Of a stretch of DNA of 27,721 nucleotides, positions 8,997-19,004 are shown piece by piece (within the stretch, counting starts at the first letter, position 1; each line of letters starts with the position of its first letter). The stretch comes from Thermotogota bacterium. GTDB lineage: Bacteria; Bipolaricaulota; Bipolaricaulia; UBA7950; UBA9294. The position numbers and the translations under genes were made by a program. The stretch lies in assembly GCA_039679545.1 (NCBI GenBank), contig JBDKUT010000005.1, positions 1 through 27,721 on the forward strand. Reading direction: 5' to 3'. The notes below the pieces were generated by a model that saw nothing but the letters and a program-made list of their open reading frames with translations, made no database searches and was not told the origin of the DNA.

Positions 8997-10103
8997 CTAC
9001 CTCTTCTCCCGAACGCGGAACCTCGTGTCGAGCTTGGCCATTCGTTCGGTGATTCCCCCGTACTCGAGTTCGTGGTAGCCAAGCATCGCCGGCCCGGAGA
9101 AGCCCTGTTCGCGAATGAAATAGGCCTTCTGGGCGGCCTTGTCGCGCACCCAGTCCCAGTACGGGTGGTCGAACGCGTCCACCGGCTCCGTCAGCTTCCC
9201 TTCGCGAACGCAGAACGCGAGGCACGAGACGATCGGAGGACCGTCGAAGAACGACACCGTGCTCCCCGCCTTCACCGGCATCAGAGGCCCGGTGTGGCTG
9301 CCGCGCATGAACCCGGAAACCAGGTGCGCGATGTGATACGGCGCGAGCACCTCGCCGGTCGCCGGGAAGCTCTTCTGCGTGCGGACAAGCAGGATCGGGT
9401 CATCTTTCCCAACGTACTTCCCTGCAATGTTGCGCAGCCGCGTCGTGCAGCAGACGGCGGCGATGTCGCCATCGTGGCGCGAGTGGATCGATTCGACGAC
9501 AAACCGGCCGTTGTCGCGAAGGAGCGCGACCAGATCGTAGGCTTCCTCGGGTGTCACGAGCTCGATGACGCGGTCTCCCTCGATGTGATCGACGTCCATG
9601 ACCGCGAACGTGAACCCTTCTCCAACGACAGAGGAGAGCGCCAGTCCGGCGTTGTACATCGGATCGGCGAACCCGAGGTACAGCGGAAGGTTGTACGCGC
9701 CCGGCTCCGTCTTGTCCGCCGTGAACAGGAGGAACGGCTCGTTCGGCCGCTCTTCGAACGTCATCTCGGCCACGGCGGGGCCGAGTCCCTTCGCATTCCC
9801 GGAGAACGCGTCCTTCAGAAGATCCTGCCCGGCGCCGTAGAGACCCTGTCGCTTGGCGACGCTCGTGCCCGCGAGGAACGCGTCCCACGCGAGCCTGTGG
9901 ATCGTCGAGTCGTCGGTCCCCCGATCGTGCGACATCAGGATAGCCACGTCGTCGCCGGTGTGCGTGATGGCGAAGTCGATGACGCGCCCCTTCCCGCCTT
10001 CCCGGACAGCGTCGCGCACCGCGTCGAGGAGCGCGTCGCTCGGGCGCAGGTGACCTCCGATGCTTCCGACGTCCGCCTTGATGGCCGTCAGTGTGACCTT
10101 CAT
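8997..10103 (-). CDS. fbp: Bifunctional fructose-1,6-bisphosphate aldolase/phosphatase (archaeal-type, class V FBPase)
   Basis: IKADVGSIGGH, GLYGAGQDLLKDAFSGN, DKTEPGAYN, YVGKDDP (Schiff-base Lys region), GFMRGSH.GPLMP. Confidence 0.95.
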   Translation of the reverse strand: MKVTLTAIKADVGSIGGHLRPSDALLDAVRDAVREGGKGRVIDFAITHTGDDVAILMSHDRGTDDSTIHRLAWDAFLAGTSVAKRQGLYGAGQDLLKDAFSGNAKGLGPAVAEMTFEERPNEPFLLFTADKTEPGAYNLPLYLGFADPMYNAGLALSSVVGEGFTFAVMDVDHIEGDRVIELVTPEEAYDLVALLRDNGRFVVESIHSRHDGDIAAVCCTTRLRNIAGKYVGKDDPILLVRTQKSFPATGEVLAPYHIAHLVSGFMRGSHTGPLMPVKAGSTVSFFDGPPIVSCLAFCVREGKLTEPVDAFDHPYWDWVRDKAAQKAYFIREQGFSGPAMLGYHELEYGGITERMAKLDTRFRVREKR

Positions 10104-10130
10104 CCCCCAGACCTCCGAGAAAAGGATCAG

Positions 10131-10200
10131 TGCCAATAGCCGACCCGTCCAGCTATTGGCACACACGGTTATTATACCCGGCTACCGGGAACGGGGACAA
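10131..10200 (-). promoter_or_regulatory. fbp promoter and perfect 10-bp leader hairpin
   Basis: TTGTCC-18-TATAAT (10171-10200) followed by TGCCAATAGC-N11-GCTATTGGCA (10131-10161). Confidence 0.5.
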
Positions 10201-12464
10201 TCGCGCCGACGTTCGGACGACGCCCCCAGACGGACCCTTCTCAGCCGGCCGGCGTTCGCGACGACGTTGATCGACGAGAGCGCCATCGCCGCCTCGGCAA
10301 CGAGCGGGTGGAGAAGCCCCGCAACGGCGAGCGGAATGGCCACGACGTTGTAGAAGAACGCCCAGAAAAGGTTCTGGCGGATCTTGCGGAACGTCGCGCG
10401 GGACAGGCGAACCGCACGAGCGACCGCCGCCGGCTCTCCGGACACGAGGGTGACGTCACCCGTTTCGATGGCGACGTCCGTTCCCGTCCCGAGGGCGATC
10501 CCCACGTTCGCTGCCCGGAGCGCGGGCGCGTCGTTGATTCCATCCCCCACCATCGCCACAACGCGACCCTCACCACGAAGCGCCTCGATGGCTCGGACCT
10601 TTCCTTCCGGCAGCACGCCGGCCTCAACCCGCTCAATTCCGACCGCCTGCCCCACAGCGCGCGCCACGCGCTCGTTGTCTCCGGTGAGGAGAATGACGTC
10701 GAGGCCGAGCGCCCGGAGTTCCTCGATCGCGGCGGCCGCTCCGGACTTCGGCCGGTCGGCGATGCCGAGAACCCCGAGCCAGCCTGACGCGTCGGCGACG
10801 GCGATCGTCGACTTGCCGTCCGCCTCGAGCTTCTCGCCGGCCGAGGTGACGGCCGTGCCCTCCGCTCCAGCCTCGCTACGGATCCACGCAAGGGAGCCGA
10901 CGAAGACGTCCCGCCCGCCAGCCCGTCCCCGAACGCCGCTCCCGGGGAATGCGACGAACCCCCCAAGGGGAGCAAGTTGTATGCCCCGCTCTTCGCATGC
11001 GGCAACAACCGCCCGCCCCAGCGGGTGCTCCGACCCCTGTTCGACGCTGCCTGCGAGGCGGAGAAGGTCGGACTCGTCGACGCCCACAGCGACGACATCG
11101 GTCACGTTCGGCCGCCCTTCGGTGATCGTCCCCGTCTTGTCGAAGACGATTGTGTCGACCTCGCGAAGCGTCTGGATCGCCTCGCCGCTCCGGAAGAGGA
11201 TCCCGTTTTCCGCTCCCTTTCCACTTCCCACCGAGAGCGCGGTCGGCGTTGCGAGACCCAAGGCGCAAGGACAGGCGATGACGAGCACCGCGACCGCGGC
11301 GAAGAGCGCCTTCGAGAAGAGCGAGAGATCCGCGTGGACCCACGGGAGAACACCGCTGGCCCACGTCGTGACCCCAGCGAACACGGCCGGCGCGACCAAC
11401 CAGAGAACAACGGTCGCGAGGGCCAGCGCGAGGATCACGGGAACGAAGACACGCGTCACGCGGTCGGCGAGCGCCTGGATCGGCACCTTGGATCCCTGCG
11501 CCTCCTCGACGAGGCGAACCATCTGAGCGAGGAACGTGTCCTTCCCGACCGCGGTGGCTTCGATGTGGAGCAGCCCTTCCACATTCAGTGTCGCACCAAT
11601 GACCTTGTCGCCCACCGCCCGTCGGACCGGGAGCGACTCCCCCGTAGCGATCGACTCATCCACATGGCTCTCCCCGCTCACCACGGCCCCGTCCGTGGGC
11701 ACCTTGGCCCCGGGCCGCACGACCATCACGTCGCCGATCGCCACGTCCTCGATCGGCACATCGACCTCGCGGCCGCCCCGAAGAATAGAGGCCGTCTTCG
11801 CTCCGAGCGAGAGGAGTCGGCGGATCGCCTGCGACGCCCGCCCTCTCGCTCGCGCCTCGACCCAGCGCCCGGTGAGGTGGATCGCCAGGATCATCGCCGC
11901 CACGCCAGCGTAGTCGTGGACCGCCGGGGGGGCGGCGCCCATCTCGGCCGCGACGGCGACGAACCCCGTCGCGAGCGACGCGAGTGCCCCCAGCGAGATC
12001 AGGGTGTCCATCGTCGGCGTCCGCCGGAAGAGAGAACGCACGCCGGCACGGATCGTCGGCCCGCCCGCCCAGAAGACAACGGGGAGAGCCAGGAGAACGG
12101 TGCCCACGTGGTAGCCAAGGGCCGACGGCCAAACGATCCCGAGGAACATCTCCGGGACCATCCAGGCGACGATCGGGGCCGCAAGCAGCCACGAGAAGAC
12201 TGCCCGACGGCGCGCGGCAAGTACGTCACGAGCACCGGCGCCCTCGCCCTCCGCGACTCCATACCCCGCTCGACGAACGGCGACGGTGAGCCGACCCTCG
12301 GTCACATGCGTCGATGCTTCCACGCGCGCAATCCCGGTCGCCGGGTTCACGGCCGCGGCCCTCACCCCGGGCACAGACCGGAGCGCCTGCTCAACCGCCT
12401 GCGCGCACGCCGCGCAGTGCATGCCCTCCACCCGTAGCGTCGTCGTTCGTTCTTCGTCCGCCAT
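10182..12464 (-). CDS. copA: Copper-type P1B-1 heavy-metal ATPase
   Basis: N-terminal GMHCAAC HMA domain, [33 protein letters not shown] and MxxSS Cu(I) motifs. Confidence 0.93.
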   Translation of the reverse strand: MADEERTTTLRVEGMHCAACAQAVEQALRSVPGVRAAAVNPATGIARVEASTHVTEGRLTVAVRRAGYGVAEGEGAGARDVLAARRRAVFSWLLAAPIVAWMVPEMFLGIVWPSALGYHVGTVLLALPVVFWAGGPTIRAGVRSLFRRTPTMDTLISLGALASLATGFVAVAAEMGAAPPAVHDYAGVAAMILAIHLTGRWVEARARGRASQAIRRLLSLGAKTASILRGGREVDVPIEDVAIGDVMVVRPGAKVPTDGAVVSGESHVDESIATGESLPVRRAVGDKVIGATLNVEGLLHIEATAVGKDTFLAQMVRLVEEAQGSKVPIQALADRVTRVFVPVILALALATVVLWLVAPAVFAGVTTWASGVLPWVHADLSLFSKALFAAVAVLVIACPCALGLATPTALSVGSGKGAENGILFRSGEAIQTLREVDTIVFDKTGTITEGRPNVTDVVAVGVDESDLLRLAGSVEQGSEHPLGRAVVAACEERGIQLAPLGGFVAFPGSGVRGRAGGRDVFVGSLAWIRSEAGAEGTAVTSAGEKLEADGKSTIAVADASGWLGVLGIADRPKSGAAAAIEELRALGLDVILLTGDNERVARAVGQAVGIERVEAGVLPEGKVRAIEALRGEGRVVAMVGDGINDAPALRAANVGIALGTGTDVAIETGDVTLVSGEPAAVARAVRLSRATFRKIRQNLFWAFFYNVVAIPLAVAGLLHPLVAEAAMALSSINVVANAGRLRRVRLGASSERRRDCPRSR

Positions 12465-12472
12465 CGTCGTCC

Positions 12473-12772
12473 CTAGAAGTGCTTCAGGTACCGAAGCGTT
12501 TCCATCATCTCGTCGATCCGGACCTCCCCGCCATCGGCCAGAACGGCTTCGCGGACGCAGTGCTTCATGTGAGACGCCGTCAACGCCTGCGCAACCTTCG
12601 ACAATGAGGATTGAACAGCCGCGATCTGCTTCAGGACGTCCACGCAGTACGCCTCGTCGTCGACCATCCGGATGACCCCGGAGAGGTGTCCCGACGCCGT
12701 GCGTAACCGCCGCAAGAGATCTGCCTTCAGCTTACCGTCTCGGCTTAAGCTTCCTGAATTCCTATCTTCCAT
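12473..12772 (-). CDS. csoR: CsoR/RcnR family metal-sensing repressor
   Basis: RRL...GHL.G..RM....YC.DVL.QI.AV...H...C (Cys-His-Cys Cu(I) ligands); directly upstream of copA. Confidence 0.9.
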   Translation of the reverse strand: MEDRNSGSLSRDGKLKADLLRRLRTASGHLSGVIRMVDDEAYCVDVLKQIAAVQSSLSKVAQALTASHMKHCVREAVLADGGEVRIDEMMETLRYLKHF

Positions 12773-12777
12773 TACTT

Positions 12778-12828
12778 CCCACCCCCTGTGGGATGGGTCA
12801 GTGTGCCTCGTCGGAGACCGGTCGTCAA
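12778..12828 (-). promoter_or_regulatory. csoR promoter with C-tract/G-tract CsoR-type operator
   Basis: TTGACG-17-CACACT (12800-12828) and pseudo-dyad CCCACCCC-N4-GGGATGGG (12778-12797) between promoter and start codon. Confidence 0.6.
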
Positions 12829-12916
12829 GGCCGAAGTCGCTGTGACCGACGAAGCGGCCCGGAGTCCATCCGACGGGAGGGACAGAGGTCTGCAAGCGTT
12901 GCCCGGACGTGGGCAG

Positions 12917-12945
12917 TTGACTCGCGGCTTCGTCGAGGCTAGGTT
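12917..12945 (+). promoter_or_regulatory. sigma70-type promoter with no convincing downstream CDS
   Basis: TTGACT-17 bp-TAGGTT. Confidence 0.55.
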
Positions 12946-12951
12946 GGATCA

Positions 12952-13125
12952 ACCAACAGCGGGGCCGTCTTCCGCGTTCGTTCTGGATCGGGGCCAGGTT
13001 CTCCGGACCTGGCATGTACGACACAGGAAGGAGAGGGGGAAGGCGGCCCCTACCTTTGGGGGCGACCCGCTCGATCCAGCGGCGCCTCAACAGCCGACAA
13101 AGAACGGAAGACCCGCTTGTGAGGA
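12952..13125 (+). ncRNA. Candidate structured non-coding RNA (family not recognised)
   Basis: Nested helices 12967-74/13105-12, 12983-90/13072-79, 12993-99/13007-13 and 13046-52/13057-63; G-U pairs favour the + strand; starts just after the promoter. Confidence 0.45.
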
Positions 13126-13200
13126 AGGGCGAAAGAGACAGGCGGGGCCTGGCTTCCCATCTAGTGAAGAGGGAACAACTCCCCGAACCAACCCCGCCGC
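13122..13200 (-). ncRNA. Candidate small convergent RNA (hairpin plus pyrimidine tail)
   Basis: GGCGGGGU-UGGUU...AGCCA-GGCCCCGCC stem (G-U pairs favour the - strand) then UGUCUCUUUC; begins right after the minus-strand promoter. Confidence 0.35.
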
Positions 13201-13204
13201 TCCG

Positions 13205-13233
13205 TGTGTATCATGCCGGGACGCGGTTGTCAA
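13205..13233 (-). promoter_or_regulatory. sigma70-type promoter facing the candidate ncRNA
   Basis: TTGACA-17 bp-TACACA with TGn extension. Confidence 0.5.
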
Positions 13234-13472
13234 TAGCCTTGCACGGGAGAACTTGCACAATCCTTTGCTGCTCTGAAATGGAACGGGGAGGGGATCCTCA
13301 CCCCCGCCCTGTTCTACCCCGGGTGGGTTACTTCCGAGTTGGGTTCGCGGACCGTCCAAGGGACGGGATGAGTCTTGAACTGGTAGTCCACCGCGGAATG
13401 CTCTTGAACCGGACAGGACAACACCTCGCCTGGACGCTCCGACGCAAAGACCGGGCCCCGTGATCTCCTACG

Positions 13473-14513
13473 TCAGATCGCCCACCGGGCGATTTCCGCT
13501 GCCGTGGCGCGTTCCTTTGCGTGCCAGCAAACCATCCGATCAGCATCGCGGAGACGAATCTCGACTTCCGGGGCCGTTGCCTTCTTCGCGAAGAACCGAA
13601 GGAGACGTCCCACCGCCTCGAAGTCGTTGCCGTCATACTCCCCACGCAAGATGGCGCTTGGTCCTGGCTGGGTTACGAACTCCACCTGCGGTGCAGATCC
13701 TCCAAGTTCGAACAAGCGGCCGTTCTCGGCCCCATTCCGTCCTACGATGACCTTCAAGCGGCTGCTCAATCGGAAGTGCCGCCCGAAGGTGGTCAGCTTC
13801 GCGTCCGCCACGGTGTAGTCCGGGCAGCGATCGAACAAGTCCTGCACGCGGCGAGCAATGACCGGGTCGGTGAGAAGGCAGCCCCCGCCGCCACAGGCGA
13901 GAACCTCCACACTCCGCCGTTGCGCCTGAGCAAGTTGCTCGCGGCGCGAGCGCCCCTGAATGGCCAACAGACTCCGGCGATCCACGACCCCGGCGAGCTC
14001 AGGCTGCGTCGGCTCTAGCAGGTGTGCGCTCAGCGGACGCAGGATCCGCCCAGCAATCCCGCTCTCGCGTTCGATGAGCTCCATCGCTCGACGGTGCTGC
14101 GACATCGGGCGCTGCCCAAGCACCTCGCCGGTCACGACGAACGACGCACCCACCTCGTTCATGAGGACGGCGGCCCGTCGTAGCATGAAGACACGGCAGT
14201 CGATACACGGGTTGAGCCCTCGGCCTCGGCCGAAGCGTGGCCGCTCGACGATTCGCAAGTAGTCCATTCCTTTCTGTACAACACGCAGGCGAATCCCCAT
14301 TCGCCGAGCGACTTCGGAGGCAAGGTGACATCCGCCTGGGTGGCGTGGACTGCACGCGCAAAAGGGCCCCACGAAGCTCAGCCCGACGACGTCGATTCCC
14401 TGCTCCAGCATGAGCGAAACTGCGAGAGAGCTGTCCAGCCCGCCGGAAAGAAGCGCGACGGCCCTCGCGCGGTCCTGTGTCACGAAGGAACCTTCTACGT
14501 CAGCGCCGGCCAA
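13473..14513 (-). CDS. PP-loop tRNA sulfurtransferase-like protein (ThiI/MnmA-related, Cys-rich)
   Basis: LLSGGLDS PP-loop, NPCIDCR, TGEVLGQRPMSQ, GGCLLTD, GRHFR; start is either TTG 14513 (GAGGAG RBS) or GTG 14483. Confidence 0.85.
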   Translation of the reverse strand: MAGADVEGSFVTQDRARAVALLSGGLDSSLAVSLMLEQGIDVVGLSFVGPFCACSPRHPGGCHLASEVARRMGIRLRVVQKGMDYLRIVERPRFGRGRGLNPCIDCRVFMLRRAAVLMNEVGASFVVTGEVLGQRPMSQHRRAMELIERESGIAGRILRPLSAHLLEPTQPELAGVVDRRSLLAIQGRSRREQLAQAQRRSVEVLACGGGGCLLTDPVIARRVQDLFDRCPDYTVADAKLTTFGRHFRLSSRLKVIVGRNGAENGRLFELGGSAPQVEFVTQPGPSAILRGEYDGNDFEAVGRLLRFFAKKATAPEVEIRLRDADRMVCWHAKERATAAEIARWAI

Positions 14514-14585
14514 GGCACGTCTCCTCGCCTTGCGATGGGATCCACGGGAACCGTCAACAGCACCAGGCTCTGCATTCGTCCTCCC

Positions 14586-15566
14586 TTAGCTCACGTCCGG
14601 GAATGGCCCGGAGCCGCCGTTGCCCTTGCCAAGCGACACCACGGTCCCCGGGGCAACGCTGTGCGTAAGCCAGACGCCGCCGCCAATGATCGAACCACGA
14701 CCGATGGTGACGCGCCCCAGGATCGTCGCGCCGGCGTAGATCACCACGTCGTCCTCGACAATCGGATGCCGGGCGCCTCCTTTGGCCGTGCGCCTCTGCT
14801 CGTCCATGGGGAAGCTGATCGCGCCGAGGGTCACGCCCTGGTACATGCGCACCCCGTTTCCGATCACCGTTGTTTCTCCGATCACGACCCCCGTTCCGTG
14901 ATCGATGGAGAACCACTCACCAATCGTCGCGCCGGGATGGATATCGATTCCCGTTAGGCTGTGAGCGAGCTCCGTGATTCTACGTGGCACGAGGGGAACG
15001 CCTTGTAGTTGGAGCTCGTGGGCCAAGCGGTAGCAGGCCACGGCGAAGACCCCGGGGTAACACTCGATCGTCTCCTCATAGCATGTGGCCGCCGGATCCC
15101 CTTCAAAGGCCGCCTGAACGTCGGTCGCCAGCAACGCCTGAACTCCGGGTAGCCGCACGAGGAACTCCTGGGTGAGCTCGCGGGCGGGCGGGCTCTCTAG
15201 TCCTTGCTCGACGCCCCGAGCGAGCGAGAACCCGCGTTCTATCTGCTCTGGAAGGTGATCGGCGACGAACTTCAGTGCAGCCACCGTCCGGCGATGCAGA
15301 TCCTCTTCGGATGCGGCCTCTTCGCCCCCGAAGTACCCAGGAAAGAGGGCCGACCGAAGCGCGTCGACAATGTCGCGCAGGCCCGCACCGGACGGGGCGC
15401 CCGAGCGGCACAGCACGGGAGGCGGCGGCTCCGCTTGGGATTCGCGCTTTCCCGACTCACACAACGCCGTGGCAATGGCCGCCAGCGGCTCCGTCGCTCG
15501 CACTGCTCGGCTCGATCTCCCGCCACCCGTCGCTGTGCGGCCGGCGGCCCTGCTCAGATCGGTCAC
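14586..15566 (-). CDS. cysE: Serine O-acetyltransferase (long EpsC-type)
   Basis: [35 protein letters not shown]...[15 protein letters not shown] hexapeptide region; GTGA overlap with the cysK stop. Confidence 0.93.
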   Translation of the reverse strand: MTDLSRAAGRTATGGGRSSRAVRATEPLAAIATALCESGKRESQAEPPPPVLCRSGAPSGAGLRDIVDALRSALFPGYFGGEEAASEEDLHRRTVAALKFVADHLPEQIERGFSLARGVEQGLESPPARELTQEFLVRLPGVQALLATDVQAAFEGDPAATCYEETIECYPGVFAVACYRLAHELQLQGVPLVPRRITELAHSLTGIDIHPGATIGEWFSIDHGTGVVIGETTVIGNGVRMYQGVTLGAISFPMDEQRRTAKGGARHPIVEDDVVIYAGATILGRVTIGRGSIIGGGVWLTHSVAPGTVVSLGKGNGGSGPFPDVS

Positions 15567-16531
15567 TCGATCCACCCTTCGAAGAGTGCCGTGCTCAGGT
15601 ACCGCTCGCCCGAGTCGGGCAGGATGGCCACGATGAGCTTGCCGGAACTGCTCGGATCGCGCGCCATACGCGCCGCGACAGCCACAGCGGCGCCGCTCGA
15701 GATTCCACAGGCAATCCCTTCTTCGCGGTAGAGGCGTCGAGCGAACTCGAGTGCCTCCTCATCAGACGCCGTGGCGACTTCGTCCACAAGATCAAGGTCA
15801 AGGATCTCCGGTTTGAACCCCGCGCCGATCCCTTGGATCTTGTGCGAACCAGGATGAGGCTCCTGCCCAGCGCGAAGAGCCGTCAGGATCGGGGAGCGGC
15901 TGGGCTCAACGGCCACGGAGAGAATCCCTTTCCCTTTGGCTTGTTTAATGTAGCGGCTGACGCCGGTGATCGTGCCCCCTGTTCCGACGCCGGACACAAG
16001 GACGTCGATTGCACCGTCGGTGTCGTTCCAGATTTCCGGGCCCGTGGTTCGGAAGTGGATCTCCGGGTTGGCCGGATTCTGGAACTGCTGCGGCATGTAG
16101 TACTTGTCGGGGTCCGAGGCGAGAAGCTCTTCCGCTTTGGTGACGGCTCCCTTCATCCCGCGAGCCCCGTCCGTGAGCACGATCCGCGCGCCGAACGCTT
16201 GAAGCATCTTCCGACGCTCGCGGGACATCGTCTCCGGCATCGTCAGGACGAGCGGATACCCACGCGCTGCACACACGTACGCCAAGGCAATCCCTGTATT
16301 GCCGCTCGTCGGTTCGAGCACGGTGATGTTTCGCGAGCCAGGCTGCAGGGCTCCCTTGCGTTCCGCTGCCCAAATCATCGCCGCCCCGACGCGGCACTTC
16401 ACCGAGTGCACCGGATTCCGGCCCTCGATCTTGGCCACCACCGTCCCCGGAAACCCCTTCGTGATTCTGTTGAGGCGGACGAGAGGAGTGTTGCCAATGC
16501 TCCGCGCAGCGTCGTCGAAGATCCTTCCCAT
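15563..16531 (-). CDS. cysK: Cysteine synthase A
   Basis: IGNTPLV, SVKCR (PLP Lys), [41 protein letters not shown]. Confidence 0.97.
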   Translation of the reverse strand: MGRIFDDAARSIGNTPLVRLNRITKGFPGTVVAKIEGRNPVHSVKCRVGAAMIWAAERKGALQPGSRNITVLEPTSGNTGIALAYVCAARGYPLVLTMPETMSRERRKMLQAFGARIVLTDGARGMKGAVTKAEELLASDPDKYYMPQQFQNPANPEIHFRTTGPEIWNDTDGAIDVLVSGVGTGGTITGVSRYIKQAKGKGILSVAVEPSRSPILTALRAGQEPHPGSHKIQGIGAGFKPEILDLDLVDEVATASDEEALEFARRLYREEGIACGISSGAAVAVAARMARDPSSSGKLIVAILPDSGERYLSTALFEGWIE

Positions 16532-16555
16532 GGAATCCCTCCCGCTCTGGAGGTG

Positions 16556-16987
16556 TTACGTGTTCGACTTCTCTCGCTCGAGGCTTTGCCTCAGGGCGAG
16601 TTCGGAAAGCGTGAGACCCGACAAGACCCGGTCGATGGCGGCGGCGACCTCGCACCACACGTCGCGCGCCGCACAATGGTCAGAACGCGGACAGGCAGGC
16701 GCGTCGGCAACGCACGGCACGGGGGCCGTTCGCCCCTCAAGCGCCGAGACTACGTCCAGCGCTGTGATTGTGGATGGGTCCCTCGTCAGTTCGTACCCAC
16801 CGCCTGGCCCTCTCACCGCGCGAACCAAACCGGACGACTTGAGCCCGGTCACAAGCACATGGATGTACTTCCCGGAGATCGCCTGGCTCTTCGCGATGCC
16901 CTCGACCTGCACAGGTCCGCGGCCGAACTGCGACGCAAGTTCCATCATCACCCGCAGGCCATAGCGGCCGCGTGTCGACATCCTCAT
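16556..16987 (-). CDS. Rrf2 family regulator (CymR/IscR-like) retaining three Fe-S-type Cys
   Basis: STRGRYGLR, RGPGGGY, C-x6-C-x5-C; AGGAGG RBS. Confidence 0.93.
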   Translation of the reverse strand: MRMSTRGRYGLRVMMELASQFGRGPVQVEGIAKSQAISGKYIHVLVTGLKSSGLVRAVRGPGGGYELTRDPSTITALDVVSALEGRTAPVPCVADAPACPRSDHCAARDVWCEVAAAIDRVLSGLTLSELALRQSLEREKSNT

Positions 16988-17014
16988 GCAATGACCTCCT
17001 GATCGAGACGTGGA

Positions 17015-17058
17015 AGTCTACGTCGCATACTGCATTGTGTCAATCGATATGCTTGACT
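17015..17058 (-). promoter_or_regulatory. Promoter of the Rrf2-cys operon with dyad GTCAA-N9-TTGAC over the -35
   Basis: TTGACA (17038-43)-17-TAGACT (17015-20); inverted repeat 17039-17057. Confidence 0.65.
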
Positions 17059-17409
17059 AATCGCAAATCCAACCCCCATTTCTACCGTGGAAAGCGCTGT
17101 GGGTGGCTGCGTGCAACCTACCAAGATGAACTCGCAGCGAATACCACGGGCCAGCCAGAGCTCAAGTCCTCGCGTCGCGGATCAAGACCCGGTGGGATAG
17201 CCGGCCGGATTCGCCTTGGCGACCGTGCGCTCCTCGTTGAGGTTGGTTGGTCGACCCGCCGCAATCTACGGTGCGCTCCGTGTGTAGGCTTGTGGTAGGA
17301 GCTGCGCCTTTTCTAGTGGATCCTGCACGTTCACCGCCGGTCATTACTGGACCGAGGCAATCCTATCCTACATCGTATATACTTGCGGCAAGTGGTGGGG
17401 CGTGGTGCG

Positions 17410-18906
17410 ATGGTTCTCAGAGACCTCATCGAGAGACTTTCGCCAGGCTCTGGACGTGTGCTCACAGCGCTGTCCCTGTTTGTTCGGTCGCTGCCTCAGC
17501 AGAGAGAGGAACTGGGGCTGCTGCGGTCGCTGTGTGATGCGCTATCGGCTGTCGGTTATTGCCGAGTCCTGATCGGCAGATGGACGAACACCCATGATAT
17601 GCTCATGTACCCGCTCGTTCAATCACAACCCCACGATGCACTGCGAGAGGAGGACCTCTCTTGGGGCAGAGTCTCGGCTGTCCAGGGTGCGGAAGACACC
17701 CCCTTCCGGCCGGTAACCCCAATTCTGGCAAGGAACATACTCCTCGACCCACGATATGCGACATGGCGGGATGAAGCTGCCGCGGCTGGTTACCGCGCCG
17801 CCGTTGCGTTTCCAGTGGCCAGCTCCGGGGAACCTCCTCTGGTTCTTGCTGTCTATTCAGCGGACCCACAGGCTTTCAATGAGATAGAGCGCGGCCTCCT
17901 CGAAACGCTGGTCGGGCACCTTGCGCTCAACCTGGAGTCGCTGCACCAACGAATCGCCCTGGCGAGAAGCGAGCGTAGATACCGCCACCTCGTTGAGAAC
18001 ATCGAGGACATTGTCTTCGCGCTGGATGGGGAAGGGCGCTTGACATATGTAAGTCCAGCGGTCAAGCGGCTTGCCGGATGGGACCCGACCCGATGCATTG
18101 GAAACCGGCTCGTCGAGTTGGTTGGTTCCGCCAACACGGCGTCGGCTCAGTGCCTGATGGAGGAAGTCCTGGCCGGACGCATGTACAGCGAAGAATGGAG
18201 AGTGGGGAGCGAATCAGCAGGGCGGCATGTACTTCGTGTGTCCGTCATCCCCGAGGACCACGATGCCGATGAGTTCGTCGGCATCGCGCGGGATATTACC
18301 GAGCAGAAAAAGGCCGAGGAAGAGCTCCGTGTGGCCTTTGAGGGGACGATCAGAGCGCTTGGCGCCATCACTGTCGCACGCGACCCCTACACGGCCAACC
18401 ACCAGGAGCGTGTTGCAGAGCTGGCCTCCGCTATTGCCGAAGAGATGGCGCTCGATCAGAATAGAATCCGGGTAGTGCAATATGCCGGCCTGGTGCATGA
18501 CATCGGTAAGATGTCGATCCCCTCTGAGATCCTCACGAAGCCCTCGCGCTTGACCGAGGCGGAGTGGAGCCTGTTCATAAGCCATCCGGAGACAGCGTAT
18601 GAAATCCTCAGGAAGATCAGGTTCCCTTGGCCTCTGGCGGAGATTGCACTTCAACACCACGAGCGGATGGACGGGTCGGGGTATCCGCGAGCACTCGCGG
18701 GAGACGAGATCCTGCTTGAGGCTCGCATCTTGGGTGTGGCGGACGTGGTAGAAGCAATGGGATCCCACCGGCCGTACCGGCCGTCGCGTGGCCACAACAG
18801 CGCCCTCCAGGAGATCGCCGCGAACCGAGGAACGCTCTACGACGCGGAGGTCGTCGATGCCTGCCTGCGCGTCTTCCGTCGGGGGTCCTTCCGCTGGAAT
18901 GATTGA
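17410..18906 (+). CDS. GAF-PAS-HD-GYP cyclic dinucleotide phosphodiesterase
   Basis: GAF (AAFPV...LAVYS..P.AF), PAS (YRHLVENI.D...G..TYVSPA), RDPYTANH, HDIGK, HHERMDGSGYP, RPYR. Confidence 0.92.
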   Translation: MVLRDLIERLSPGSGRVLTALSLFVRSLPQQREELGLLRSLCDALSAVGYCRVLIGRWTNTHDMLMYPLVQSQPHDALREEDLSWGRVSAVQGAEDTPFRPVTPILARNILLDPRYATWRDEAAAAGYRAAVAFPVASSGEPPLVLAVYSADPQAFNEIERGLLETLVGHLALNLESLHQRIALARSERRYRHLVENIEDIVFALDGEGRLTYVSPAVKRLAGWDPTRCIGNRLVELVGSANTASAQCLMEEVLAGRMYSEEWRVGSESAGRHVLRVSVIPEDHDADEFVGIARDITEQKKAEEELRVAFEGTIRALGAITVARDPYTANHQERVAELASAIAEEMALDQNRIRVVQYAGLVHDIGKMSIPSEILTKPSRLTEAEWSLFISHPETAYEILRKIRFPWPLAEIALQHHERMDGSGYPRALAGDEILLEARILGVADVVEAMGSHRPYRPSRGHNSALQEIAANRGTLYDAEVVDACLRVFRRGSFRWND

Positions 18907-19004
18907 GCGGTAGCTTCCGTGAAGCCAAGACTCGCTCGTTTCACGGCCCCGAGAGTACGCCGCTGACCACAGGAGAACCCGGGGCGGTTCAGTTTGGTGT
19001 CTGT

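Noticed and set aside
12990..13060. SRP RNA (GCCAGGTCCGGA on minus) or group II intron domain V/VI (GCATGTACG...GAGAGGGGG...CCCTACC)
   Set aside because: The SRP GGAAGGAAGCAGC continuation is absent; the domain V GAGCCG 5' arm and pairing are absent; there is no RT gene.
13366..13412. tRNA T-loop-like GTTCAAG repeats (tRNA gene or att site) or 6S RNA
   Set aside because: No cloverleaf or paired T stem, and the TTGAAC copies have no GTTCAA partner on the same strand as in 6S.
13014..13463. 149-aa + strand ORF in the structured spacer
   Set aside because: No RBS before the ATG, low-complexity composition, and it crosses an opposing promoter.
17060..17400. 340-bp spacer between the Rrf2 and HD-GYP genes
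   Set aside because: No convincing ORF, repeat or stable structure found by eye.
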